Assembly: GCA_002633005.1 (NCBI GenBank)
Contig: NMRA01000027.1
Coordinates: 875,873 to 939,872, forward strand
DNA from: Phoronis australis
Taxonomy: Eukaryota; Animalia; Phoronida
DNA length: 64,000 bases
Direction: 5' to 3'
Under the pieces are notes generated by a model that was not told the origin of the DNA, did not search any database, and saw nothing but the letters and a program-made list of their open reading frames with translations. Positions 50,101 through 62,816 of the stretch are shown here, one piece after another; the stretch's first letter is position 1; the number at the start of each line of letters is the position of its first letter. A program made the position numbers and the translations under genes.

Positions 50101-53100
50101 ATAGTGCAGGGCAGGTCGCTCCGTGAAGAATGGTGATGTTAACTAACATTATTCATCACGTCTTTCCGTGCGTAGCGAGTGACAATAACGTCATTGTGTG
50201 GGTTTGTGACGTTCGGGAACCCACCTGGGCTTGTCGTTGTGTGGTAGTTTCGATCCACCAAGGTTACATCTTGGACTCGTGTGTACTCGGGCAACCAGTC
50301 GTGAAATAATATTATGCTACTTTGCGTTCCATCAGATTTAGGAACCAGTATGTTCCTACATCAAACACACCAGACATTTTTAATCAGGCTTTTTGGTCTG
50401 ACACAAACTTTAAGGACAGTGGGAAACTGCAATTAAAACGTGACGAAACTTTTATCAGAAGACAGTTTTTGCTCACATTCTTAGTAAGGAAGGAACGTCT
50501 AAGATTATTGAACTACGAAGTGAGTATTCACCACCACGTCACGGAGCATAGGGTTTCACAGATGTAGTTTTATGATGTTTGAAACCCTTTCTACTTATTT
50601 TGTCAGTATGTTATCTAACGATACCCCTTAAAGAACCATTCTCGTAACTAAGTATTACCAGGAAATTATAGTTGCAAATCTTGCTAACTCGACGTGTCCA
50701 GTTTAAAAACGTCGTATCACTGCTGATAACGACCTCAGAGGTAGAGGATAAAGACAGATTATTTTTATCGACGCCACAACAAACAGGTTGTGTGTTGTTA
50801 GGAAATTAGCCGGGGGGTTACTCTTTTCGGGCGAGTGATACATATGTGGCTTCATTCCAAACCACTAGGAATCGAAACATTAGGACAAAGTCTATGCAGA
50901 ATGGATGACAGAGAGGAAAGTTTGTTGGGAGAATTGGAGCGAGCTCGGGCAGCACAGCCACCATCCGCCGGCTAGGGCTAACCTTGGTAGTTAAATGGCG
51001 CCCAGACAATGGAACCAAATAATGCTATGTAACTCCACCCTTGGGGAAGATCTATGTTAAACGCTCCCTTGTTAAGCAGAACGGTGGGCTTCAACGAAAG
51101 AGAACCAATGTCACCACTCGAATCGAATTTAACATAGAAAACGTTAATTTCGCCTCGGAAAAGTATTTTTTGGATAAAGACATGGCGTCGTTTATGAAAA
51201 TGCATGTAGTCTAGTGAATAGACTGATGAAGCACTTTGTCTGATTCAGTGCCTCGAATTGTTCACATGGCGATTATTCAAATCCCACAGCAGTTTACAAA
51301 AAGAGTTTGTAATTGTAAAATAACATTTACTGGATGCAAATCAACATTCACCAGGTCTCCCGAGAATCCCCCCCCCCCCGGTCCGGGCGCTGATCTCGCT
51401 CGAAAGTGCGGATTATGTTACAACGATTTATCACACCCCCGGTTTCACCAACGGAAAACCAGACATGCATGTACATGTGACTTTTCTTGCGTAGGTAGAT
51501 ATCAGTTCAAACCACCATTGTGTTTACTTCTCACATGTTTATTCGAAAGCGGAACCGTAACTATCATTTCTCATTTCTTCTCAACAGTACGGATTAATCG
51601 ATAGTTTTGCTGCGCATTGTCACTATTCTATATTGAACAAAGGTCGTGTTATTTTTAATGGACACAACCAAAACACCACCGATAGTCTTAGAGTGGTACA
51701 ATTTACAGATCTTGATCAAAAGAAAATGATAATTGCTGGACTAATCGTCGCCTTTTTTCACATCATTCTTTTTCGAAATTCCGGACAATTCGCTAAATGC
51801 GGTGCAGAACTCGCCGTCTGTGCTTGGAACTTCTCCATTTTTAGGGAAGAGTTGAAATACAGGGGATGCACATGCGATCGCTTCACCATCATTATTATTT
51901 GTAAAAGAGACATTTATTGAAGAACAAATCCAAAGGGGTGGATGTTACGTTCATAGAATAGTCTGTGCACGTATTCACATTTCTAGTTTCGTTGTGGTTC
52001 GCGCTTGATTTTTGGTAATATTCCAATTGTACATTTTTGATAGCCGACAGTCAAGTACAGCACGCGTCCTTAATGAAGATCAAATCGATCAAAATACGTT
52101 TGACATCTTATTTTCTCTCGGTTATTGGATAGTTTTGCCTGTTGAATTTCTTAGCTAGCAATGCCTCCATTTTCGAACGTTTGCTGAGCCAGTTTGTGTA
52201 AAATGAAAAGTTTGAAAGCTAAAAAGTCAAAATTGAAGCACACGATATCACTAATGTGCATCGCGGGGCACTCATGCAGTACTGACACGAAAGAGGGCGT
52301 CACTCGCCACCCTTCCTGTCGAAGGCTATAACACATGTATCTCACGAGTCCAAATATGTTCCATGAACATTGAACGCAGAGGACGAAATTGGTTGAATTC
52401 GTTTCCATGACAGTTCAAAAATCGATATCGTTTTTGGGTGCGCAGACGAAAGCAAATATGTTTTATTCAAGTTAGGGGTGTTATAACATGACGAACACAT
52501 ATTTTCAAAAATTTCCCGTGCCGATAAAACATCTAAAACATTGTGTTCCATTACTATGCTAAAGGTTCATAACCTTTCCCATTAACGAATGCTTCCCATC
52601 CGCCTCGTACTTGTGATATCTTCCGTGAACGTACTACGCATATTCAACAGCAAACACCTCGATTTCGAAGTGCACGGTTATTGATCCAACACGTTGTTTT
52701 GTGAACACCATTAGGCTCCGGCGAAGGCGGAGTCGGATTTCACATTAAACCGGACACTGGCAGGCTTTATTATTTACCCGTCCTTCAAACCTATAGAAAA
52801 TCCGTTTGCAGTCGGTAGTTAGGAGATCGGTTATTTTTGTACGGTACACATGAGCGATTGTGCAATGCACACTGTACCCAACCATGCGGTTACGATAGAA
52901 AGCACCAACTTCATGTTTACTGCAGAAACAACTATCCAGGCTATCCGAATAACTGAGTATTGTCATATTTTTATGGTTGGATTCACTGCAGTGTGATTTT
53001 GTTTTAAAAGAAAATGTATTTCTAAATACAGAATTGATGTCAGCGACAACACCTCACGAAAAATGAGGTTGTCCCTAAATCTACGTCCTCTATATTTCCC

Positions 53101-53899
53101 CTCCCATTGAATCTCACACTTCATACTCCCCCGGCCTGATTATACCCGTTTCCATGTCCCTCCAGCGCCATGTCCCCTGGTCTGGGTGTCCCCCGAAACC
53201 GATGTTCCCCAAGTCTGACAATGCCTCCACCCATTACTTCAAGTTTTGCAGGACATTTCTACCCGAGACCGTCCTATTTCTTCTTGTTAGTCTTTGGATG
53301 GAAAATTTCGTCTTTTAGATAACGCGATAAATAACTAGAGGTCGCCTCTGTGACACTTGTTTCCATGTCTAGAACTTAAGCGCCATTGTTCAATATTTGC
53401 CATCAATTGCCTCTGAGGGGTAGACGTTTTTGTTTAAAAATACGAACACGAATATGACCAAAATACGCGTATATTGGCGAACGCAAACGTGTTACTAGTA
53501 CTAACACAATATTCTAGTTCTCCGGATATAAAGAAAGCTCGGAATGATATCCAAAGTATATCGAAACCAGTTAACACCGAACCGAGGTAGCATTCGGAAA
53601 GATCGGACACTGGGGCCCAGTGGACGGTTGAATGGAACAGTCGACTGAGTTTTCTAAGTCTTTTTGCGTATTTGTGTCTTTTAGGACTCACAGATGGAAT
53701 ATTTTTCTATCATTTCATTTTTATAATAAGCTCCTCTTTGATTAATGACATTTTCTAATATAATATAATAATATAATATAACTAAAAACTGAGCCCAGAG
53801 TTCATTGGAAATAAATAGGTACTCAATCCTTAAATTGAGAGTGTTGCATGAAAAGATCCATACTTATTTTCGATTATATGGACAAATCAACGGAGAGTA

Positions 53900-54600
53900 C
53901 ACTCTCGATTTGTATCAAAGTCAAAAATTGACTTAGTAACGAAACTAAAACAATACAAGAAAGAGCAATCGGTGTTTTTACAAGCCCACAAATACATGGT
54001 AGATTTAGGGAACTTGGCAGAGTCCCTAATTGGGATTGTTTCGTGCAACAGGGCACAGGAATTTTAAGCCCGGGGTACGTCGGGAATAAGGGCATAAATA
54101 CAAGGGACACTAGACATGGAAAAAATCTGTAGCCTATTTGGGAAAACTGAGAAAGAGGAACAGCAGTTGGAGACCTGTAGGTAAGGAGAATATAGGTGTC
54201 GAGAAATACCGCTATGGATCCGATAGGTGACAATAAAACGCATCTGAATAAAACGGAAACATTGCCGTTGTTCTCAAAAGGGAAGCTCAAATGAATTCTC
54301 GCTATGTCGATGCTAATATTTTTCATGTTTGGTCTCTTGTATTTTGTAGAAGTTGTTAATTGGCTGGGGGTAACAACATTTAAGGAAATCAACGCGAGAT
54401 CTAGAACTTGGAAACTGTCAACTTGGATGTTCAAAAAAGGATTTCTGGAAGTGCTCCTAAATGAAACACACTTCAGAGACAAAGCTGTAGGAGTGTGTGG
54501 AATGTACAAAATACGATTAAATTATTATCGTGACACTGAAAGTATATACTTCTGTTACCGTAAAAATCGGAGGAGTTCTGATTTTTGAACAAATATTGAT
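53900..54600 (+). mobile_element. Highly decayed LINE (L2/CR1-group) ORF2 3' region
   Basis: IGVFTSPQIHGRFRELGRVP resembles the LGV..ST.N..V.GELGR.P motif. Fragments compatible with the later S.H.L.IETGR and CxxC regions follow in order. Confidence 0.45.
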
Positions 54601-55134
54601 ATTTAGATTTATATCTTCTGATCAAGTCAAGTTAGTAACGACCATTCATTTAGCAGTTCGGGAACCATATTTTGGACTGTGTAAGCCCTGTCCTATGAGT
54701 TCGAGACTGTTCTTGTGAACTACCGTGAACTGCACTACCGAGTGCAGATCAATGTCCATGAGTACTAGAGACGTGTTGTTCGGGTAGTCTGATCATTGGC
54801 CGCCGCTCGCCCCAAGAGACTCGATCCACGATGGTGACGTGTCAAGTTCCGAACCTTGGTAATAGGTCCAAGTTGTTTGTGAAAAAAATGAGCGACTTTT
54901 TAAACGACGGTACTGCTGCCTATTTGTTTGAAATCTACGCGCAATTATCGCATACACAAATCGTGAAAGCCAACCAGTGGGGAAGCAGTACACGACTCCA
55001 TCATTCTTCGTGTGCATGAGATGCACGTGAACATATTAATCAGAATATACAGATAGAAGTAGTAATAATCGTTTCAGCTCTGCTGAAACTACGTAACACT
55101 AATTAAAAGTAACACGTTCACCAATATTACAACG

Positions 55135-55402
55135 CTACCACAATAGTAGCCGCGAACACCACAACAAGGTCTGCTATCATTATCAACACCATACCACCGC
55201 TATTGTCACCACCTCCACCGTCACTACCACCATAATCACCACCGTTATCACCACCACAACGAGCACTGTCAACATCACAACTACCGTCGCTACCATGACA
55301 ACCTCCACCATTACATTCACCATCAGTATCACCGCATGACCACTACCATTTTCTACGCCATCATTACTACCCTTAACAAGCCTCGTTACTACCATCACCA
55401 TT
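55135..55402. repeat. Degenerate (ACC/ATC)n trinucleotide tract
   Basis: Runs of CACCAC/CATCAC/TACCAC, which explain the Val-rich spurious ORF 55183-55401. Confidence 0.85.
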
Positions 55403-55988
55403 GGTACTGAAAGGGTGTCCTATACGTAGAGAGTTTGAAATCAGTCATTACGTGTTTCAGAAGGTTTAAGCTGTCGGGGAGCGATAAATAATTAAACATA
55501 CATGTATCTATCAGACCTAATGCAGTTGTTTGACGGTTAACTACTGTCTTATTTGGCGTTGGTCGCTAATTATCGTCTGTCTCTTTGTTGGCGTTTTGTC
55601 TGTTACTTCGATAAAGCTAGACTTTTTCGACAACATTTGGCCAGTGTTCTTGAAATCCATGCTCGAGTTTTTTACAATTGTTGTTCCTTAAAAATTGCTT
55701 AAACAGGCATTTATTTGTTCACTCAAAGCAACATGTATTCATGCGTGCCTCGGCTGATCATTTAGCTACCCGGGACCTGTATTACCAGCTCTTCTTTCAT
55801 TACAGATGACTTGAGCACAGATTTCTGGATGGTTCCACTATTAACTGCACTACCACACGCCAAGAACTGTGACATCATTCCTAAGGATCTCAGCTAAACA
55901 ATTCAAATCATGTTTATTTGGCTAAATGAATGAGGATTTACCGTCTTGATACTTGCCAACAGTGCCCGTAGAAGTTTATTGGAAAGAT

Positions 55989-56402
55989 ATGGCTTTTTGG
56001 AAGTTTTGGAAAAAGAAGGATAAGAAGAAAAATCAAGCCCATAACGAGGCAGTTAAGGGTTTAGAAGATGTCGACCCAGAAGAACTGCCTAAGTTCATAA
56101 AAGACGCTGTCGCTAAAGAAGAAGCAGCGTCAAACAAGGATCGGCGCTTAAAGAATTCCCTTTCGATTTCCAGGTCAGGGCGATATAAGGCAAAGAAACG
56201 AGAGCGCCAGGGTATACTTGACAAACCCGATTTTTATGACTCACAAACTGCGTCCACAGTGGCGTCTGCTGGTGGCACGCCGGGAAGTTATGTGAAAACT
56301 GGAAATGGAGGTTCGGAAGGGAAGTCTTCCAACAAAGGAGGGTCTGGTGGACGCGCCTCCTTGCGGCAGCTGGAAAATGTGCATCATGCCACAGCTATAT
56401 AG
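55989..56402 (+). CDS. PRR15/PRR15L (ATAD4-family)-like small protein, 137 aa, single coding exon
   Basis: MAFWKFWKKKDKKK...KNSLSISRSGRYKAKKRERQGILDKPDFYD parallels PRR15L WWKLTFLRKKK...[29 protein letters not shown]. The ATG is at 55989; the track's TTG start at 55953 is not credible in a eukaryote. Acceptor TTTCATTACAG| at 55805 and an AU-rich 3' UTR follow the expected layout. Confidence 0.75.
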   Translation: MAFWKFWKKKDKKKNQAHNEAVKGLEDVDPEELPKFIKDAVAKEEAASNKDRRLKNSLSISRSGRYKAKKRERQGILDKPDFYDSQTASTVASAGGTPGSYVKTGNGGSEGKSSNKGGSGGRASLRQLENVHHATAI

Positions 56403-56888
56403 CGTTTCTTTCATTGTTTAAACTTTTGCAATTGTAAATATCATTTTACATAATAACCTATAAGTTAATCGCTGTAGTAAAGTCGCATTTAAATTGTATT
56501 AAATTGTCAGATGAAGTATCCTTAAAGTTTTACAAACCAGCACTTACGTACTTTCAACATGTCAGTAAACTGTTAAGACCCCAAATGCAGTGTTACATTC
56601 CTCAATGTCGAATGAAACGCCAAGATAGAAACACAACGATGCGAATTGATAATTTTGACCTTCGAGTGACGTAGCAACGTGCACACTATTGTAACCCATC
56701 GCTGCTAAATGTAGGGTAAGGTACATCGGTACAAGGATTCATTGATTAAGAAAAAATGTATTATCCAATTCTGAATTCGACGTTATAGGCAGTATCGTCT
56801 TTACATTAAAATGTTTTTTTAATTCTAAATACCAAGAGTGTTACCAAAATGCGAAAAATAATAGGGTGTAATAGCACCATAAAAAAGG

Positions 56889-57026
56889 AAATGAACCAGA
56901 GAGGTCATATAAATGAACCAGAGAGGTCATATAAATGAACCGGAGAGGTCATATAAATGAACCAGAGAGGTCATATAAATGAATCAGAGAGGTTATATAA
57001 ATGAACCAGAGAGGTTATATAAATGA
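56889..57026 (+). repeat. Minisatellite, 22-bp unit x6.3
   Basis: AAATGAACCAGAGAGGT(C/T)ATAT repeated head-to-tail with few substitutions and no spacers. Confidence 0.95.
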
Positions 57027-57944
57027 CTAATCAAGCCAGCAGGGAATATATTTTTTCGATAATTTCAGATTTCTACCCTATAAAGACAAAGAATATAGAA
57101 TATGGATCCTTCATAATTAAGCTGTGAAGAATTTAGTCAGGCAATCACCCGAAATTATCATCTTTTTATATTGATCCGACCTTTGGTGCCGTTTGATATA
57201 ATTACATTCTTCAGGATGCAGTGTCATTTACAAAAATTGTGATAAACTAGTACTCTAAACTTGCAGATAAAGGTTTTCCGATACATAAAAATGGGTAAAT
57301 ATCTATTGTGTAGCCTTGGAATGTGCTGTATACAATGTACATGTAGACCAATACATTGGCTGCCAGTGCGTGTAGGACTTTCCATCGAAGTTTAGAAATA
57401 TGCTAATTTCTTCAGAAAGTAAAAATAAGTGATCTTGATACATGGAATAGTGTATGGTGTGCCGTAAAGAAGAGTCATCAGAAAATATTTTCACAACTGT
57501 TATGTTTCTGAAGAGAGTTGACTCTGGAAAGTAACGACATTCATAACAATGAGACAATCGTATTTTGAACACCTCATGTTGCATAGCTGTCACGGTCAAC
57601 ATTGAAAATGAAAAACACGAGACATCCGGGTCTTAGCCAGAACGCGATGGTAAAATACTCGCCACAGCACTCAGAAACGTCTCGACAGCGCTTTTGTCGA
57701 ACGGGGGGACTAACACCTAAAAGTGCCAGACGGGTTTTTTGTATTTTGTCAAAATTCGGATGGAAATATAAGTCTATGTCCCGTGAGAATTTCGCCGTGT
57801 GTCAAAACTCGGGGCATTTTGAAGGTGTGGTGGGATGGTGGAAAATTTTTGAAAACGGGACTGTCCGCCAGGCAATTTTTAAGTACACTGTGGGCTGTCT
57901 GTGGGCTGGGGGCAGGGGTTTTATGGTGATGGGGTGTGGTTTGT

Positions 57945-58969
57945 GCTAGGATCAGGGCTAGAAATTGGGTTAGGAGTTAGATTAATTAGGGGTTGGAGTT
58001 ACTGAGGGATTAGGTTTACTGGTGAGGGCGAGGTTTAGAGCTTAGGCGTTAGGGCCAAGATTGTTATCAGGGATAAGGGTCTGAGGTTAAGCCTACATGT
58101 AGTGTTTGAGGTCAGGGCTTAGGATCTGAGCAAGGGTTAGGGTTAAGCATAGTTTTGTGGTTCGGATGAAGCTGGGTTTAGGGATAGTGGTCAGGAGTTA
58201 GGGGTTATGGGCAGAGTTAGTGTTAATAGTTTGCATACCGTGAATAATACGCTTATAAGGAAATCACGCATTTCTAAAGATATGCGGAAATTTTCACCGG
58301 TAAGATAAAAAACAAGTGGGCAGAAGCATTAGAAATTAAATAAAGTAAACCAATATGAAAGTTATCGTTCCTTTGGGAAGTGGCCTTTTGTGAAGATAAA
58401 CACAAGTTAACCTTTTTAGTCATTTCGTAATATTTATAATGTACCGAGTTAAAATTACTCTCCAGAGTTGCAGGCTATAACTCTGCAAATGTCAAAGAAA
58501 ACCAAAACGGGGATATTAACAACTACCATTGTTGAGACAGCAATGCTAGCAATTACCTGTCCACTTCATTAGTTCATATCTACATCAGTACAAAGGGCGT
58601 GCTGAATAGGCATCGGAAAAGTTGTCTGGGGTTTAGGGAATCAGAGCGGTCACCAGTGTAAGCGAGAAATTCTCCACATGTGGGGTTGAGATTACGTTTA
58701 GGGGTAGGGTTAGGGTCACGGTTAGGTTGAGGTTAGGGATAGGGTTGAGTTAGGGTAAGAGATAGTGTTAAAGTGGGGTTAGGGTTAGACTAGGATAAGG
58801 GTCCATGTGGTGTTTCAGTTACTGTAGGATAAGGGTAGGGCTGGTGTTAGATGGGTTAGGTTTGGGATAGGTTTAGGGTGAGGAGTGGAGGTTTGGGGTT
58901 AGGAGTTCGGGGTTAGGATGAGGTGTTCGTTTCAGTTTAGGGCCGCGGTTAGGGTTAAGGTTAGGGTTA
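57945..58969 (+). repeat. Degenerate TTAGGG-like tracts (57945-58225 and ~58625-58969)
   Basis: Many GGGTTAGG/TTAGGG variants with strong G/T strand skew. Confidence 0.8.
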
Positions 58970-59123
58970 CAGTGGCGGATTTAGAGGAAGGCCAAGGGGG
59001 CCATGGCCTCCCTAAAACTCTCCCAGATTCCATTTGGCAGATCGGGCTGCGCCGTCTGACAGGCAAAATCCTGGCTAATTCTCTGCCCTGGCTCCCTAAA
59101 TGAAAATCCTGGATCCGCCCTTG
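58970..59123. mobile_element. hAT-like MITE (154 bp) with 5-bp TSD
   Basis: CAGTGGCGGATT...GGATCCGCCCTTG flanked by GGTTA on both sides. Confidence 0.75.
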
Positions 59124-59149
59124 GGTTATTATCAGTTTCACAGCATCGT

Positions 59150-59790
59150 CTTTCAGACTTTTCCGCCCTTTAAGATCCTTCTTGTCCTTTTTATACTTTT
59201 CCCGTCCTTTTCCAGATTTTGTCGCCCTTCTTGTAGATTTTCCAGCATTGTTTTCAGGTTTTCCGCCCTGTTAAATGTTGCTGCTCTCTTTTTATTACCC
59301 TGTTTTTGATGTTACAACCCTTTTCACATTTGCTTCCATTTTTGAGGTTTTTCACCCTTTTAGATTTTCTCGCCTTTCCAGACATTTTCAAAGCCTTTTT
59401 CTAGTTTGACAAATTTTAGATGATCCTGATTTTTTAAGTTTCCTCCATTTCTTATTTTCCCCTTTTCTCGCACAATTTGTAATTTCCCGCTTTTTGATAA
59501 ATACCCTAACCTTAACCTTTTTTTCTATTGTTTCCGCCCTTTTTTAGCTTTTCCCACCTTTTAAAATTTTCCGCCCTTTTATCAGATTTTCCACTTCTTT
59601 AGAATTCTCCCATTTTTGAGAGTGTCCCACCCTTTTCAGATATCTCATTCTTTTCAGATTTTCTCGCCTCTTTAGATTTTCCGTCGTTTTTGTGCATTTC
59701 CCGCCTTCTTCAGATTTTCTGCCCCTTCTTAAATTTTCTCATTCTTTTAAATTTTTTCTCGTTTTGTATTTCTCGCCCATTTTTGTGTAA
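59150..59790 (+). repeat. Degenerate pyrimidine-rich tandem array (AGATTTTCCGCCCTTTT-like units)
   Basis: Recurrent TTTTCCGCCC / ATTTTCTCGCC motifs at roughly 20-bp spacing. Confidence 0.7.
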
Positions 59791-59943
59791 GGCATACTGA
59801 GTGATTTTTCTATTCGATCTTGGCAGAACATAGGAGAGATACTCAGTAGGAAGAACATCGTCCCTACACTCACAATCAAATCGTAGGCCAGTGTTACCGC
59901 AGCTCCGCGATTATTGATCACCCGATGCAGTTGGAACACCAAA

Positions 59944-60770
59944 TGTGGTATATCAATGCGTGTCGCGGCCGATAGATGGCGCGCACGTGGTAATAAATAA
60001 AACAACACACGAATACATTAACAAGGGAATACGTCTATTAATTTGCAGCGTTGTGATTTACAAACAATAGATTACAATAAGTTGTGAGACTGACGACTAA
60101 CTGATTGAGACAAGATATCCCTACTGGAAAAACTACTAATCAATAGTGCCAATGGTTCCCTGTATCTACCGCACACGTTAACACAAAACAAGTCACAGAA
60201 CTAACCCTCCAGAACAATCACTAGCCGGTTCAAATTGACTAATAGGCTGAGACCAACGCCCGTGATAAGTGTCTAAACCTCAGTTGTCCTTTCTCCTTGG
60301 CTTTTTGGTCACAAGAAGTTGCTCGTCTGGCCCCGGCTTTGTCTCTGTAGTCTGAAGTTGTCGTCCAGCTCTGAAGTCGTGCCCCGTAGTCTGAAGTTGT
60401 GGTCTATGGTGGATCCAGTCTGCCCTGGTCTCGAGAGCCAGTACTTCAAATACTAAACTTTAGTGGCATCACGCGATGGACCCACTCTGTATGTACATAT
60501 ATGTCCATCTCCCTATAACGAGCTAAATATAACGAGCTAACTGACCATCCCCTAGAAAATTCTTGCATAACTGCCACTATTCATGGGTTTCCAACATCAG
60601 AGCATTATTCCTGGCTTTAACTACCACAGAGGTAGCATATCCCCTGAAATTTCTTGCATGCACATGGAGGGCATAGCCTCATTATATTACACTCATTGAC
60701 CAAGTTAATTGTAAAATCCTGTCACACGATTGTAACAGAAGTACATCATGATTATGGGAAGGTTGTCACA
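59944..60770 (-). mobile_element. LTR-like segment with adjacent PBS-like sequence
   Basis: The minus strand begins TGTGAC (or TGTTAC at 60737) and ends ACCACA, immediately followed by TTTGGTG (complementary to a tRNA CACCA end). It has internal ACTTCAGACTAC repeats. No TSD or gag/pol seen. Confidence 0.4.
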
Positions 60771-61370
60771 TTAAAACACTAGGCGCCTGCTGCATGGATA
60801 GAGGCATCGACCAGCATGACTTGTCAGAGATCCACGGCGCTGCAGCGCGGTGCAAGCGGACGAGACGACTGATAATGTCCCCACCATATGACAGGATGAC
60901 GTCACCCGTCCTAGCCATTCACAACATCTTAGTTGGATAAAGACTGTAAAACCCATCGTCGAAAAAGTTAGGTAACTCATTGACAGTGTATCAAGAAAAT
61001 TCGATAATATTTTAGATTTTCAGTATTCCCACAGTAATTGCGCCGACAACCCAACATCTATAGACCCAATTCACGCCGACAGGAGGCGCATTCCAAAGCG
61101 AGGCTAGCTACGATAACTCTGTTAGCTATCTCCATAGTTGTATTCCTGTTGCTTGAAAAAATACGGACTCTCAACTGTCTGTTTCCTCTAAGGACGTTGA
61201 GATTCGAAGCGTTGGGTCGTTGCCACACGCCGTGACGAAGGAAAATATGTCCGTGTAAAATTTATAAATGTTTTCCAAAAGTGAGTTAGATCATATTTTG
61301 TCGCATCTCGGAACAACATAGCAACGACCGGATAATCTTCTGCCAGCCAGACTGTGCTTTCATGACTACG

Positions 61371-61490
61371 CATGGGTGTTGCAGCACTGAAAAAAGTGGA
61401 GGGCTCAAGCCTCCTCATCCCCCCCTTGATGCACCGCCTATAGACCATGTGCGGCCTAGCCCCCCTATAGTTTGGAGCGCGCCGTCCATG
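61371..61490. mobile_element. MITE related to 38149-38220
   Basis: CATGGGTGTTGCAGCACTGAAAAAAG...GCGCCGTCCATG, with flanks CTACG/CTTCG. Confidence 0.7.
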
Positions 61491-62816
61491 CTTCGGGTTG
61501 AAACATGATGCATTTTTCTTTCCAAAAAGGACAGGGACCTCAATCTCTCGATTTTGGGGCCGAATATCGGCCCTATTTCCCTCTTAAAAATATAGAAAAA
61601 TCACGCGAAATTCATTACGGCGTTTTACTCTTGCTCCCAACTTGTTCGACTCTATAGCCCAACAATGAGATGGGAAGATGACTCCTGTAGCCAAAATCTT
61701 ACGCGACTGATTAACTCCATTCTAGCATTTAAGGTTAAAGGGCCACCTCTCTTTTGTTCGATAATTGCTCTAATCTCCAATAAGATGCTATCTAGCCCAG
61801 CTCAGTCCACCGACGAGGCCTAAAAATTCCTCTCAGTGATTGAAAAATTCTCTCCGGAGAATCACCTGTAACCATGCACACAGGTGACAATTTGAAAGAG
61901 CACAAAATGCTACTTGAGGCAGAGCCTATGAGAGCTTGCAACAGGAAGCGGGTGCTATTGATGGTGATCGGGAGGTAGATTCCTCTCACTCTAGGCGGAA
62001 TGCCCTCTCGGAAGGCACAAACACTTTTCCCCTCGGATAAACGAGGCCCCTGAAGAAACGTGATAACTACATGTATGCTTGTTCTGTCCAGTTAACTGAA
62101 ATTGAGCTCTAAAACGAGGTATGTGCTTTGGATGAACGAATTAGGCGTTTTGATTTTAAAATTGAACTTGGTCCAGATTTGAATCCTAACACAAGAAATA
62201 GACGTAAGAATTATTAACACCAAGAAAGCAGAACTGATGATTAAATAATTTTTATTTTCAATTACGAGCCTGGTTTTTATTTTAATAAAACATATATTTA
62301 ATAACATCAATTATTCTTTCAGATCAATGACAAATCAACTATTAGTCCCGGTAGTCCCTACTGACCTCACCATGACCTAGGCTATGCTTGATGTTAGTAT
62401 TATTTATCAACAAATTAAACGAAATGTGACTAATTGCACATGACATCAAAATACAAGCAGATGACCTGGTTCGTGTAGAAAGCATTTTTATCAACAATTT
62501 ACAAGAAGAAGCGTAACACTGCATTCAGCATAATACCTAATCCGTAACGCGATCGCCGCAATTTGGTTATATTTACTTTCCATGTTTCGAACCTTGTTTT
62601 CCGAAAAAAAAACTTAATACCCTTTTGTCAGACATCTCTTTGGTCCATTGATTTGTCCTCTAATATATTTTTCTACGTCTCTGTGGCTAATTATCGACAC
62701 ATTTTTGAGATTTAATATCCAGGTTGGACTCGAAAGACCGACCATTCAAGGTTAACTTAATATTTGTTTTTCGCAGTGAGCCTGGCTTTGGATTTTAATG
62801 TCCGCCGCGTGAATTA

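Noticed and set aside
50978-51205. LPQGWS resembling a retroviral-type RT motif
   Set aside because: No YxDD or other RT motifs at the expected spacing.
53874-54509. 211-aa minus-strand ORF as a gene
   Set aside because: Low-information hydrophobic translation antisense to a decayed LINE on the plus strand.
55183-55401. Val-rich 'membrane protein' ORF
   Set aside because: Translation of a degenerate GGT/GAT microsatellite.
56889-57026. CRISPR-like regular repeat
   Set aside because: Units are contiguous with no unique spacers, there are no cas genes and the context is eukaryotic: a minisatellite.
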